DNA of 64,000 nt from Thermoleophilia bacterium (lineage in GTDB: Bacteria; Actinomycetota; Thermoleophilia; Gaiellales; JAICJC01). The notes below the pieces were generated by a model. That model was not told the origin of the DNA. It made no database searches and was given only the letters and a program-made list of their open reading frames with translations. Positions 26,701 to 36,226 of the stretch are shown in pieces. The position numbers and the translations under genes are program-made. The DNA lies in the NCBI GenBank assembly GCA_025927685.1, contig JAICKX010000002.1, positions 3,442 through 67,441 on the forward strand, given 5' to 3'. Each line of letters starts with the position of its first letter. Within the stretch, counting starts at the first letter, position 1.

Positions 26701-27393
26701 ATGGACTCGACAGCGACCGCCCAGATCCTGGTCGTCGACGACGAGCCCATCGTGCGCGACGTGGTGTGCAGATACCTCGAGCGTGAGTCCTTCCGGACGA
26801 TCGAGGCGGCGAACGGCGACGAGGCGGTCCGGGCCCTGGAGGCCGAGGACGTGCAGCTCGTCGTCCTCGACGTGATGCTGCCCGGGCAGGGCGGCCTCGA
26901 GGTCTGCCGGTGGATCAGAGCCCGGTCCGATCTCCCGGTGATCATGCTGACCGGCCGCGGCGAGCTCACGGATCGGATCGTCGGGCTCGAGCTGGGCGCC
27001 GACGACTACGTGACGAAGCCGTTCTCGCCGCGGGAGCTGGTGGCCCGGATTCGGACGGTCCTGCGCCGGGCAGGTGCCCGCGCCGGCGCCGACGGGCGGA
27101 TCGAGCACCCCGGGCTCACGGTGGATCCGGCGACCCGTGAGGTGGTGGCGGCCGGCACGCCCGTCGATCTCACGGTGCGGGAGTTCGACCTGCTCGAGTT
27201 CCTGTGCCGCCATCCGCGTCAGGTGTTCTCGCGCGAGCAGCTCATGGACGCGGTGTGGGGCTACCGGTCGGCGCGGGACACGGGCACCGTCACGGTCCAC
27301 GTCCGCCGCTTGCGGGAGAAGCTCGAGTCCGACCCCTCCGCGCCGCAGCACCTGCAGACCGTGTGGGGCGTCGGCTACCGGTTCGCACCGTGA
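26701..27393 (+). CDS. OmpR/PhoB-family response regulator
   Basis: Receiver domain ILVVDDE..VVLDVMLPG..VTKPF. Winged-helix output domain LTVREFDLLEFL..VWGVGYRF. Confidence 0.9.
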   Translation: MDSTATAQILVVDDEPIVRDVVCRYLERESFRTIEAANGDEAVRALEAEDVQLVVLDVMLPGQGGLEVCRWIRARSDLPVIMLTGRGELTDRIVGLELGADDYVTKPFSPRELVARIRTVLRRAGARAGADGRIEHPGLTVDPATREVVAAGTPVDLTVREFDLLEFLCRHPRQVFSREQLMDAVWGYRSARDTGTVTVHVRRLREKLESDPSAPQHLQTVWGVGYRFAP

Positions 27394-28475
27394 TCGGCGT
27401 CGCGCTCAGCGCCACCGCCCTGGCCTTCGTCCTGGGGGCGGCGATCGCGATTGCCGCCAGCACGCCGCGGACGCTTCGCGGCCAGCTCGTGGTCTTCGCC
27501 GTCGCGATGCCGCTGGTCCCGCTGGCCGTCGTGCTGGCGTCCGGCGCCGTGATGTTCGACTCCGAGCACGACCTCGCCGTCCTCGGGGTCGCGGCTGCCT
27601 CGTCGACGGCGGCGGTGATCGGCGCGCTGCGCTTCGCCCGTTCCATCACCGCCGGGCTCGGCCAGCTCCGCGCAACGGCGCTCGGGATCGCGGCGGGCCG
27701 ACTCTCTCTGCGGGCGCCGGTCGGCTCGTCCACCGAGCTCACCGACGTGGCGGAGGCGTTGAACGAGATGGCCCAGAACCTGGAGCGGCTCTTCGACGTC
27801 CGCCGCGAGCTGGTCGCCTGGGCGAGCCATGACCTGCGCACGCCGCTCTCCGCGCTCCAGGCGATGCTCGAGGCGATCGACGACGGGCTCGTCCCGCCCG
27901 AGCACTACCTCCCGGCCATCCACGAGCAGGTCAGAGCCATGGCCGTGCTCATCGACGATCTCTTCGAGCTCGCACAGCTCGACGCCCGGACGGTCTCGCC
28001 GGACGGGGAAACGGCGTTGCATCCGGTGGTCGAGACCTGCCTGCGCGGGCTTCAGGCCGAGGCGGCGGCTCGGCGCGTGCGGCTCGAAGCCCGGCTCCCG
28101 TCCCACCTGCCGTACGTCCAGTGCGCTCCGAGCAGCGTCGAGCGCGTGCTCCTCAATCTGCTGACGAACGCGCTGCGGCACACCCCGTCGGACGGCTCGA
28201 TCGCGATCGTGGCGCAGGGGGCGGCTGACGCGCCGGAGGTGGTCGTGACGGTCGAGGACACCGGCAACGGGCTCTCCCCACAGGCGCTCCAGCGCATGTT
28301 CGAGCGGTTCTGGCGCGCCGACGAGGCCCGCACGCGCGACGGCGGAGGAGGCGCCGGCCTCGGGCTGGCGATCGCCCAGGGGCTCGTCGAGCACCACGGC
28401 GGCCGGATCTGGGCCGAGAACCGCGTCGGTGGGGGCGCCAGCGTGAGCTTCACGCTTCCAGCCGCGCAGGCGTGA
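27390..28475 (+). CDS. Sensor histidine kinase (2 TM, HAMP, HisKA, HATPase)
   Basis: GTG overlaps the regulator stop (GTGA). H-box SHDLRTPL, N-box LLTNALRHT, G1 VEDTGNGL and G2 GGAGLGLAIA are present. Confidence 0.85.
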   Translation: MIGVALSATALAFVLGAAIAIAASTPRTLRGQLVVFAVAMPLVPLAVVLASGAVMFDSEHDLAVLGVAAASSTAAVIGALRFARSITAGLGQLRATALGIAAGRLSLRAPVGSSTELTDVAEALNEMAQNLERLFDVRRELVAWASHDLRTPLSALQAMLEAIDDGLVPPEHYLPAIHEQVRAMAVLIDDLFELAQLDARTVSPDGETALHPVVETCLRGLQAEAAARRVRLEARLPSHLPYVQCAPSSVERVLLNLLTNALRHTPSDGSIAIVAQGAADAPEVVVTVEDTGNGLSPQALQRMFERFWRADEARTRDGGGGAGLGLAIAQGLVEHHGGRIWAENRVGGGASVSFTLPAAQA

Positions 28476-28539
28476 GCACCGACCGCCGTGGCGCCGGCGA
28501 TGGGTTAGCCTCGGGCCGCGAGACGACGAGGAGGGTCAT

Positions 28540-29175
28540 GTGAGCGGGTACAAGGTGGCACAGATCGACGAGATCGAGGAGATCGACGACGGCCGGTGTC
28601 CGTGGCGGCCGGTGCGGCACCACCTGGGCATCACGTCCTTCGGGGTGAACGCGTTCACCGCCAAGGACAGCGGCGACCGGATCATCAACGAGCACGACGA
28701 GGAGGGCGAGCACGAGGAGCTCTACCTCGTCCACACCGGCCGGGCCCGCTTCGAGCTCGACGACGCGTCGGTCGACGCGCCGGCCGGGACGCTCGTCTTC
28801 GCCGAGCGCGGTGTCAAGCGCACGGCGTTTGCCGAGGAGCCGGGGACGACGCTCTTCGCGCTCGGCGGCGAGCCGGGGAAGGCCTACCACCCCCACGGGT
28901 ACGAGCTCTGGGCGCCGCTCAACCCGCTGTTCCAGGCGGGGAAGTACGCCGAGGTCGCCGACCGCGGCGCCGCGCTGGCCGACGCCCACCCGGAGTACGG
29001 GGAGCTCGCCTACAACATCGCCTGCTGTGAGAGCCTGGCCGGGAGGAAGGCTGACGCGATCCGGCACCTGCGCATGGCCATCGAGGCCCACGAGCCCTTG
29101 CGCACGTTCGCGGCCGAGGACACCGACCTCGAGGCGATCCGTGACGAGCCCGAGTTCAAGGAGCTGATCGGCTAG
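28540..29175 (+). CDS. Cupin-domain protein with a helical (TPR-like) C-terminal domain
   Basis: GTG follows GGAGGG. Cupin-like EHDEEGEHEELYLVHTGRARFEL...GTLVF. The C-terminal half is helical. Confidence 0.65.
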   Translation: MSGYKVAQIDEIEEIDDGRCPWRPVRHHLGITSFGVNAFTAKDSGDRIINEHDEEGEHEELYLVHTGRARFELDDASVDAPAGTLVFAERGVKRTAFAEEPGTTLFALGGEPGKAYHPHGYELWAPLNPLFQAGKYAEVADRGAALADAHPEYGELAYNIACCESLAGRKADAIRHLRMAIEAHEPLRTFAAEDTDLEAIRDEPEFKELIG

Positions 29176-29177
29176 CG

Positions 29178-29681
29178 CTATCCCCGCACGACGAAGTCAG
29201 CGGTCCAGACGCACGCCCCCGGGTGCCCTCCGAACCGGCCGCAGTCCCGGCCGATCCCGACCCAGCGGAACCCGCCCGAGAGCACGATCGCCCGATGGAC
29301 CGGGCTCGCGAGCCACGCGGCGACGGTCGCCTCGGCGCTCGCCCGGGCTCCGACGCCCCACGCGAGCGTCTCGGCGCCCCTCCACCAGTGACCGTTCACG
29401 AATCCCGAGCGGACGATGCGGTTGGTGATCGTCGAGCCGGTGGGACTGGTGTGTGCGAAGTAGTTGCGCGTCACCATGTCCGTCGAGTGCCGCAGGGCGG
29501 CAAACCGCAGCGCCGAAGCGGCGAGGAGCTTGTGGATCCCGTGGACGGCGCGAACGTGGTTGATGGCCCGCAGGAGCTCCTTCCGCGGCGGCGTCGTCGC
29601 CGCCGACGCGACCCCGCTCGCGGCGAGGACCGCCCAGAGCGCGAAGAGACACAGCACGACACGGACCACGCGTCGCCGCAT
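29178..29681 (-). CDS. Secreted CAP/SCP (PR-1-like) domain protein
   Basis: Signal peptide, then NYFAHTSPTG and GETLAWG CAP-type segments. SD GGGAGG lies upstream. Confidence 0.8.
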   Translation of the reverse strand: MRRRVVRVVLCLFALWAVLAASGVASAATTPPRKELLRAINHVRAVHGIHKLLAASALRFAALRHSTDMVTRNYFAHTSPTGSTITNRIVRSGFVNGHWWRGAETLAWGVGARASAEATVAAWLASPVHRAIVLSGGFRWVGIGRDCGRFGGHPGACVWTADFVVRG

Positions 29682-30112
29682 GGGACCACCTCCCTCTCAG
29701 CGGCCGTCCCTGAGCGCTGGAGCCGGGACGCCCAACAAACCCCGTCGGATCCCGCGGCCGAAATGTGCCGCGGCGATGTCGGAGGGTATGCGCCGCTGCA
29801 GACCCTGACATCCCCCAAAAGCGGTACTCCGCTTCGTCGATCGTCCGGGGCGCCCCGCTTTCGATGATCGGGCGGAGTGGCGGCCGTCCCCGCGCAGCAC
29901 CCGCTTCGAGTGAAGCGCGCCGAGGTGCGTGGCCTCGACCCGGCGGCATCCACGCCGGCGGTCGAACGCCACACCCCGGCTGCCGGGTCCGGACGGCCAC
30001 GCTGCCCGAGCCCGAGCACGGGCTCTCAGAGGAGGTGCTGGCCGGCACGGACACGTACTTCGGCCCCGGCCGTCCCGGATCGTCCGGACGCCGTCAACGG
30101 CGGCGGCCGGCG

Positions 30113-30316
30113 CTACCTCGCGAGCCGCGCGACGACCCGGTGGAGCCCCACGCCTGCCACCGCGAGCGCCGGCGCCCACACGACCGCGATGATGCCCAGC
30201 GCCGAGAGCCCGTCCATGAACCGGCCGGCGACGGCCATCGCCAGGCAGAGGGCGGCGCCGAGGGAGACGCAGCCGGTCCAGACGGTCTTGAAGACTTGCC
30301 CGGGCGTCGCGTGCAT
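30113..30316 (-). CDS. Small membrane protein (67 aa)
   Basis: This is the C-terminal part of track ORF 30113..30919. MHATPGQVFKTVWTGCVSLGAALCLAMAVAG..GIIAVVWAPALAVAGVGL forms two TM segments. Confidence 0.35.
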   Translation of the reverse strand: MHATPGQVFKTVWTGCVSLGAALCLAMAVAGRFMDGLSALGIIAVVWAPALAVAGVGLHRVVARLAR

Positions 30317-30472
30317 GCGCGGGTCATCGGCAGTGGGCACGCAGCAGATGAACCGGAACCGCACGACCCATCGACCACTCCGCGGGCGCCCCGGCCGGGA
30401 TGGCGGCGGGTGTGTCTGGGTATGTATGCGGTCGCGGAGGCCGTGCGGTAGCGTGTGGATCGGAGGTGGGGG

Positions 30473-32014
30473 TTGCCCGCGAGGAGGCGCGAGGTCACGG
30501 GAACGTGGAAGGCCGCGCTCGGCGCGTCGGCCGTCCTTGCCACGGGTGCGGGCGTGCTCGCCGCTCCCGCCGCCGGCGCGACCGCTGCGCCGGTCGAGCG
30601 GGCCTCGGCGACCGCCGTCGCCATCCTGACTCCGGCCGGGCGCGCCGCGGACGGCACCCCGACCGTGTTCGCCTCGCAGGCTCCGGTCCCGAGACACGGG
30701 TACCGCTACCCCGACGACGGCTCGCTGGTTCGAGTCGGCCATGTGACGGCCTCGGCGGACCGCGGCTCCGGCGATGAGCTGGAGGCCAGTGGCGCGGTCG
30801 TCCTTCGCTCCGTGGAGCTCTTCGGCGGCCGCCTCGAGGTCGACATCATTCGCGCCCGAGCGTCGCTGACGGCGAGCGACGGGGCGGTCGCCGACGGCTC
30901 CGGCGCGCACCTCGTCCATGTCCGCCTGGACGGCGCTCCCGTCGAGCTCGTTCCGGGCGAGAAGCTCTGGGTGAAGGGCTGGGGCTACGCGGTCGTCGAC
31001 GATCCGGTCGCCCGCAGCGACTCGGCCGGCGCCGGCGACACGCTGGCCGGGCTACGGCTGCACCTCACCTCGGCGCACGCCGGCCTCCCCGCCGGGACCG
31101 ACATCCTCCTCGGACGCGTTCACGCTGACCTCGAGCACGTGCCGCCTGCGCCCGCGTCGGATCCCGGCGGCTCCGGCGGGAGCGGCACGACCGGCACGGT
31201 GCCCGATCGGCAGGCGAAGCTGCCGCGGCACCGCCACGGGATGTCACAGGCCCCGGACGGTCGTCGCCACGGCTCGCATCAGGCAAAGCACCGCAGGCAT
31301 CCATCGCGACCGCCCGCCCCCGTCATCCATCCCGTGACGCCGCCGCTTGACGCTGCCCAGGGCACGGGAGCTCGCGCCGCGATCGTCCGAGCAGCGCTGG
31401 CCCAGGTCGGGTGGCCGTACGTCTGGGGCGGCGAGAGCCGCACGGAGGGCGGGTTCGACTGCTCGGGCCTCGTCGACCATGCCTACGCCCGCGCGGGGTA
31501 CCCGCTGCCCGGGCGCCCGACGGCGGAAGTCCTGTGGGCGATGTCCGTCCCGCTCCGACCGGCCGACCTGCGGCCCGGCGACCTGGTGTTCCTGGGAGCG
31601 CGCTCGGGCCTCGCCCACCACGTCGGGCTGTACGCGGGCGGCGGTCTGGTCATCGCCGCACCGCATCGCGGCGCACTGGTGTCGATCGAGCCGCTGGCCA
31701 CCGTCCCGTGGGACGGCTTCGGCCGCATCCTGAAGGCGCCGCGCGGCCGGATCGTGGACGTCCGCCTCCTCTCCGGCAGCGATCGCCGCCCGGCCCTCCA
31801 AGGACGGCACGACGTGCCCGCGACGGCGACGGCCGTCCCCACGCCGGGCGCCCCGCCGACCACCTTCACGGCGCCGCCACCACAGCGACCGGCCCCGTCT
31901 CCGGCTCCCCCGAGGCGGCGGCATGGAGTCGATCGCCAGGCGGCGCTCCAGCGCGAGGAGTTCCGGCATTGGGGGATCAGCCTCCTCGCGAGCTTCCGCG
32001 GCGCGGGCCGATAG
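30473..32014 (+). CDS. NlpC/P60-family peptidoglycan endopeptidase with unknown N-terminal domain
   Basis: TTG 30473 lies 6 nt after GGAGG (track start is GTG 30455). Catalytic FDCSGLV and HHVGLY are present. A signal peptide is present and the linker is His/Arg-rich. Confidence 0.8.
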   Translation: MPARRREVTGTWKAALGASAVLATGAGVLAAPAAGATAAPVERASATAVAILTPAGRAADGTPTVFASQAPVPRHGYRYPDDGSLVRVGHVTASADRGSGDELEASGAVVLRSVELFGGRLEVDIIRARASLTASDGAVADGSGAHLVHVRLDGAPVELVPGEKLWVKGWGYAVVDDPVARSDSAGAGDTLAGLRLHLTSAHAGLPAGTDILLGRVHADLEHVPPAPASDPGGSGGSGTTGTVPDRQAKLPRHRHGMSQAPDGRRHGSHQAKHRRHPSRPPAPVIHPVTPPLDAAQGTGARAAIVRAALAQVGWPYVWGGESRTEGGFDCSGLVDHAYARAGYPLPGRPTAEVLWAMSVPLRPADLRPGDLVFLGARSGLAHHVGLYAGGGLVIAAPHRGALVSIEPLATVPWDGFGRILKAPRGRIVDVRLLSGSDRRPALQGRHDVPATATAVPTPGAPPTTFTAPPPQRPAPSPAPPRRRHGVDRQAALQREEFRHWGISLLASFRGAGR

Positions 32015-32106
32015 ACGCCGGTCACCGGTCGGATGACCGTGAGCATTCGTCAAGGCCCATGGCGGAGACGACAGGGCGGCCGCTGCCCGCGACCGGCATC
32101 TACCGC

Positions 32107-32139
32107 GAGTCGGGACGGCCAGATTCGAACTGGCGACCG
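32107..32139 (-). repeat. Displaced copy of the 3' end of tRNA-Pro (att-like direct repeat)
   Basis: 32108-32138 against 33754-33784 is 28/31 identical by manual alignment. It covers the T-arm (GCCAG-TTCGAAT-CTGGC), the acceptor 3' strand and 3 flanking nt. No upstream tRNA half is present. Confidence 0.6.
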
Positions 32140-32439
32140 AGCCCGACCTTCTGCGCCAGCGGCTCGAGGCCCAAGATCGCCCAGGTCGCGGAGCACCTCG
32201 GTTTCGCCCGGTCTGACCTCGAGCAGTTCAACGGCAATCTTGAAGGCGCGATCCGCGCCGCTGTTACGAGACGGCGCGAGCAGCTCCTTGCCGACGAGCG
32301 GCGCTTGGCCGCGTTCGACTTACCAGTGGACAGGCCGGCGAAGCCGCCCCAGACCTACGCCGCGCCGCGTCCGCCGCGGCAAGGATCGCGCTGGATGCCC
32401 AGCAACCTCTTTGAGTCGGTGGAGCCGATGACGCCAATG

Positions 32440-32674
32440 GCGGAGGCGATCTCCGAGGCGCGGACTGAGCTTCTCGAAGCCGGTGCGTCTGGAATCGATG
32501 TGATCGGCTTGCCGTGGCTGTCCGGCCGGGGATCACCGAGGCATTCGAGGTAGTGGGTCGGGCGGGGCATCCGTATTCGTAGTGGCGAAGCTCGACGGCC
32601 TCTCCCGCTCGCCGTTGGACTTTGCGGCGGCGGCGAAGACACGTGGGACGAGCAGCGCCATAGCCGTACGGTGA
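32440..32674 (+). pseudogene. Serine recombinase (resolvase/invertase) remnant
   Basis: One frame reads VFVVAKLDGLSRSPLDFAAAAKTRGTSSAIAVR then TGA (32672-32674), resembling the vvv.KLDRLSRS resolvase segment. The preceding part (ELLEAGASGIDVIGLPWLSGRGSPR) is in another frame. No intact catalytic N-terminus is present. Confidence 0.35.
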
Positions 32675-32690
32675 CTAGGATCGGGCTTGG

Positions 32691-33542
32691 ATGGCTGAGG
32701 ATCGTGCAACAGAGGGGCTGCGGCTGAAGGGGAGGGTGGCTCTTGTTACTGGCGCGAGTCGCGGTGGTGGCAAAGGGATCGCAGTCGTGCTTGGTGAGAA
32801 GGGGGCGACTGTTTACGTCACAGGTCGGAGCGTGCGTGGTCAGCCGACGACGCTTGATCGTCCCGGTACCATCGAAGACACGGCCGAAGAGTTGACCGCA
32901 CGCGGCGGCGTTGGGATCGCCGTTCGCTGCGACCACACCGACGACGCACAGGTCGAGGCGCTCTTCGACCGGATCCGCCGCGAGCAGGGGCGGCTAGATC
33001 TGCTCGTCAACAACGCTTGGAGCGGCTACGAGATCGCCCCATACGGTGACCTGCCATTCTGGGAGATCGAGTGGCGGCACTGGGATCTGATGTTCGGCGG
33101 CGGGCTGCGGGCGACGGCGCTCGCTTCGACGCTGGCCGCCCCGATCATGATCAAGGCGGGGTCGGGGTTGATCATCAATATCACCTGGGTGCTTGACCGC
33201 CCCCACGGCCACGCCTTCTACGAGGTGGTCAAGAACGCGACCAACAAGCTGACCGAGCAGATGGCAGACGATCTGCGGCCGCTCGGTATCGCCTGCATAG
33301 CCGTATCACCGGGGTTCATGCGCCTTGAACGGATGGATCTGACGCCGGAGGTGGCCGCGAAGGCCGAGTCGGCGGAGTTTCCGGGCCGCGCAATCGCAGC
33401 GCTGGCAGCCGACCCGAACGTGATGGCGAAGTCCGGCGGCGTCTTCATCACGCCCGCGCTCGCCCGCGAGTACAGCTTCACCGACGTTGACGGGAAACAG
33501 CAATCCGCCTTCTGGAATGAACACTGGGCAGGCACCTGGTAG
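32691..33542 (+). CDS. Short-chain dehydrogenase/reductase (SDR)
   Basis: TGASRGGGKG (TGxxxGxG), NNAW and YEVVK (YxxxK) are present. Confidence 0.85.
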   Translation: MAEDRATEGLRLKGRVALVTGASRGGGKGIAVVLGEKGATVYVTGRSVRGQPTTLDRPGTIEDTAEELTARGGVGIAVRCDHTDDAQVEALFDRIRREQGRLDLLVNNAWSGYEIAPYGDLPFWEIEWRHWDLMFGGGLRATALASTLAAPIMIKAGSGLIINITWVLDRPHGHAFYEVVKNATNKLTEQMADDLRPLGIACIAVSPGFMRLERMDLTPEVAAKAESAEFPGRAIAALAADPNVMAKSGGVFITPALAREYSFTDVDGKQQSAFWNEHWAGTW

Positions 33543-33755
33543 AAGGACCTGGCGCGGTGAGGGCGGCTGCTCAGCCAGAACCGGATTCAGTGTGCCGTGC
33601 ACTGCACCGTGGGAGCCGTCCGAACACGTTGGGGTAGATCTCCAGGCCGAACACGCTGAAGCGGTGCGTCTTCCGTGTGTCTCACCGACCCTCCGGCTGG
33701 CCTTCGGCGTTCCATCTGATCGACGGAAACGGCTCAACCGAGCCGATTCTGCTAG

Positions 33756-33829
33756 TCGGGACGGCGAGATTTGAACTCGCGACCCCCTGCTCCCAAAGCA
33801 GGTGCGCTACCAGGCTGCGCCACGTCCCG
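33756..33829 (-). tRNA. tRNA-Pro (anticodon TGG)
   Basis: Reverse complement: acceptor CGGGACG/CGTCCCG, D-arm GCGC-AGCCTGGTA-GCGC, anticodon stem CCTGC/GCAGG with loop TTTGGGA, T-arm GCGAG-TTCAAAT-CTCGC. Confidence 0.9.
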
Positions 33830-33853
33830 CGTCTCAGCCTGCCAGTGTATGCG

Positions 33854-35185
33854 ATGGGGCGGCGCCGCCTGCTTGACCGGTTCCCGCGCGCTTGGTACCG
33901 TCGGGCTGTGCGCGCTCGGCTGCTCCTCGTCGCGGTCGTCTCGGCGGCGGCCTTCGCCGGCGCCGGGTCAGGCGCCGCCCGCGCCGCCGGCGGCTTTGCG
34001 ACCGAGCAGCTGTGGCAGGCGGGGGCCGACGACTGGGAGCCGACCGTGGCGACCGACCCGTCCTCGGCCTACGTCTACCAGGTGACGACCCGGTACGGCG
34101 GCCAGAAGGCCTGCGGCAAGGGGCTGGGACACTGCCTCCTCGTGCGTGCTTCCGCGGACCGCGGTGCGACATGGGGGACGGCGCGACGACTCCCCGCGAC
34201 GCCCAACACCACCGCCCAGAACGATCCCGAGGTGAAGGTCGCGTCGGACGGCGTCGTATATGCGGCCTGGATGAACGATTTCGACGTGATGTTCGCGCGG
34301 TCGGTCGATCATGGCGCCACGTGGAGCAGTCCCGTGAACCTGCGCCTCCAGTCGGGGCTGCACTTCACGGACAAGCCGATCCTCGCGATCTCGCCGAGCG
34401 GCACGGACGTGTACATCGCGTTCAACTCGAGCGACTCGTACGTCGCCACGAGCCACGACCACGGGAACACGTTCGCCATCTCGAGCCCGACGAACGCGGA
34501 CGGCCTGTACTGGTTCGCCGAGCAGGGCGCCGTGGCTCCCGACGGGACGGTCATGTTCGGCGAGAGCGCCGAGGAGCAGTCCGGTCTCGGACCGGTTCAG
34601 CTCGCGATCGTGCGCTCGCCGGACGGGGGCGCGCACTGGTCCACGACGTTCATCGGCACGAGCCAGGAGCGGCCCCCGTGCACGACCTCGACGTGCCCCG
34701 TCGACTTCTACGGCCCGCAGACGGCGGTCGCCGTCGACACGTCGGGCACGGCGCTCGCCGTCTACGGGGCGAACAGCACGCCGGACGGGCCGATGTCGCT
34801 GTTCTCCCGCACCTCCACCGACGACGGTGCGACGTGGAGCGCGCCGCGCCTCGTCTCCTCCGCCGGCTCCGCCGTCGGAGCAGACTTCCAGCAGCTTGCC
34901 GTCGGCCGGACCGCGGGCGACTTCCGCATGGTGTTCATGGATGACCGAAACGGCCCGGCGGCCTGGAACACGTGGTTCGTGAAGGCCTCCGGAACCGGAT
35001 GGTCGGCGCCGGTGCGGCTGTCCAACGCCACGGCGGGTGCGCCGTACAAGTCGGCCGCCGGGTTCGTGCAGCCGTACGGCGACTACCTCGGATACGCCGT
35101 CGACCGCAACGGCACCGACTACGCCATCTGGGGCGAAGGCTCGTCGTACGCCGGCCCCGGCGGGGCGTGGTTCACGCGCGACTGA
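33854..35185 (+). CDS. Secreted BNR-repeat (sialidase-fold) protein
   Basis: ATG 33854 lies within track ORF 33677..35185. Signal peptide plus five Asp-box-like repeats: SADRGATW, SVDHGATW, SHDHGNTF, SPDGGAHW, STDDGATW. Confidence 0.75.
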   Translation: MGRRRLLDRFPRAWYRRAVRARLLLVAVVSAAAFAGAGSGAARAAGGFATEQLWQAGADDWEPTVATDPSSAYVYQVTTRYGGQKACGKGLGHCLLVRASADRGATWGTARRLPATPNTTAQNDPEVKVASDGVVYAAWMNDFDVMFARSVDHGATWSSPVNLRLQSGLHFTDKPILAISPSGTDVYIAFNSSDSYVATSHDHGNTFAISSPTNADGLYWFAEQGAVAPDGTVMFGESAEEQSGLGPVQLAIVRSPDGGAHWSTTFIGTSQERPPCTTSTCPVDFYGPQTAVAVDTSGTALAVYGANSTPDGPMSLFSRTSTDDGATWSAPRLVSSAGSAVGADFQQLAVGRTAGDFRMVFMDDRNGPAAWNTWFVKASGTGWSAPVRLSNATAGAPYKSAAGFVQPYGDYLGYAVDRNGTDYAIWGEGSSYAGPGGAWFTRD

Positions 35186-35188
35186 CGC

Positions 35189-35929
35189 CTACGGCTCGAT
35201 GACCACCGGCGTCCCCGGGCGCACGTAGCGCTTGAGGACGCCGAGCGCCGCCGACGAGACGCGCAGGCAGCCGGCCGACGCGGCGGTGCCGAGCGACCAG
35301 GGCGTGTTCGTGCCGTGGATGGCGAGCTGATCGCCGCCCGACCAGCCGGGCGGGAGGTTGGGCTGGTGGCCGGAGAGCCCGAACGCGTACCACCCGAACG
35401 GGCCGCCCGGGTCGCCGGTCGCGATCGGGTCGGTCACGCTGAAGCGACCCATGGGCGTGGGGGAGGCCGGCGCGCCGATCGCCGCGACGAACGACCGCAC
35501 GAGGGCGTTCCCGCGCATCAGGTTCACGCGCCGGCGGGAGAGATCCGCCTTCACCCAGATCCGGCTCTTCACCGTCCGGCGGCCGCGCAGCGACACCCAG
35601 CCCGTGCGGCCGTTCGGGCGCCACGGAAGGATCACCCGCGCCCAGCGGCCGTCGTGGGACAGCTGCACCGCCCAGAGCCAGGTCGCCGTCCCGAGCGGCG
35701 TGCGCCCGGGCAGCGTGCCGGCGATGCGCCCGTTCGGCCGGGCCCGCACGACGGCGCCGTTCCCGGCGTCGACGAGCGTGAAGACGTGGCGGGCCTTCGC
35801 GGGCCGCGGGGCCGGCGCCTCCGCGGTTCGCACAGGCGCGAGCCGCACGCCGGAGGGGTGCGCCGAGGCGACCGTCGGTGACGCCGCCGCGACCAGCGCG
35901 GCGGCCAGCAGGAGGAGTGCCCGACCCAT
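35189..35929 (-). CDS. L,D-transpeptidase (YkuD domain)
   Basis: Signal peptide. Catalytic segment LAIHGTN...SAGCLRV is present. Confidence 0.8.
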   Translation of the reverse strand: MGRALLLLAAALVAAASPTVASAHPSGVRLAPVRTAEAPAPRPAKARHVFTLVDAGNGAVVRARPNGRIAGTLPGRTPLGTATWLWAVQLSHDGRWARVILPWRPNGRTGWVSLRGRRTVKSRIWVKADLSRRRVNLMRGNALVRSFVAAIGAPASPTPMGRFSVTDPIATGDPGGPFGWYAFGLSGHQPNLPPGWSGGDQLAIHGTNTPWSLGTAASAGCLRVSSAALGVLKRYVRPGTPVVIEP

Positions 35930-36039
35930 TGCTTCCTAGCAATTCGGCACTTGCGTATGCGTTCTTGAGCAACGGGCGCTTCAAGGACACAGGCGGGCCG
36001 GCCGATACATCGGGCACAACCCCCGAGCTGGAGCACACC

Positions 36040-36183
36040 ATGGGCAAGCATCGGACATTGGGAGGGCTGGCAGTGATCGTCACCGCTGTCGCGGTTCCCA
36101 TGCTGGTCTTCCTCCGCACGCGGCCGCGCGACTACACGCAGACGCGCGAGTTCCGCCGCCTGGTCGGCGACTACGTCATCTAG
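36040..36183 (+). CDS. Small membrane protein (47 aa)
   Basis: MGKHRTLGGLAVIVTAVAVPMLVFLRTRPRD has a single TM segment. No SD is obvious. Confidence 0.3.
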   Translation: MGKHRTLGGLAVIVTAVAVPMLVFLRTRPRDYTQTREFRRLVGDYVI

Positions 36184-36226
36184 CGCCGAATTACCGCAAT
36201 TCGGGCGGGCCGTATCCCCAAACCGG

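Larger units (their letters stand above)
32107..33755. mobile_element. Decayed integrative islet at tRNA-Pro (about 1.65 kb)
   Basis: It is bounded by the tRNA 3' end and its direct repeat. Codon third positions are visibly more A/T-rich than in the flanks. It holds a serine-recombinase fragment, another orphan coding fragment and one intact SDR gene. Confidence 0.4.

Noticed and set aside
30317-30472. Possible c-di-AMP (ydaO-type) riboswitch upstream of the NlpC/P60 gene, and likewise upstream of the CAP gene (29682-29830)
   Set aside because: These gene classes often carry that riboswitch in actinobacteria. I could not find the conserved core segments I remember, such as GTCAGCTAACCTCG-like and GGGGTGAATC-like strings. 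This needs an Infernal scan to be sure.
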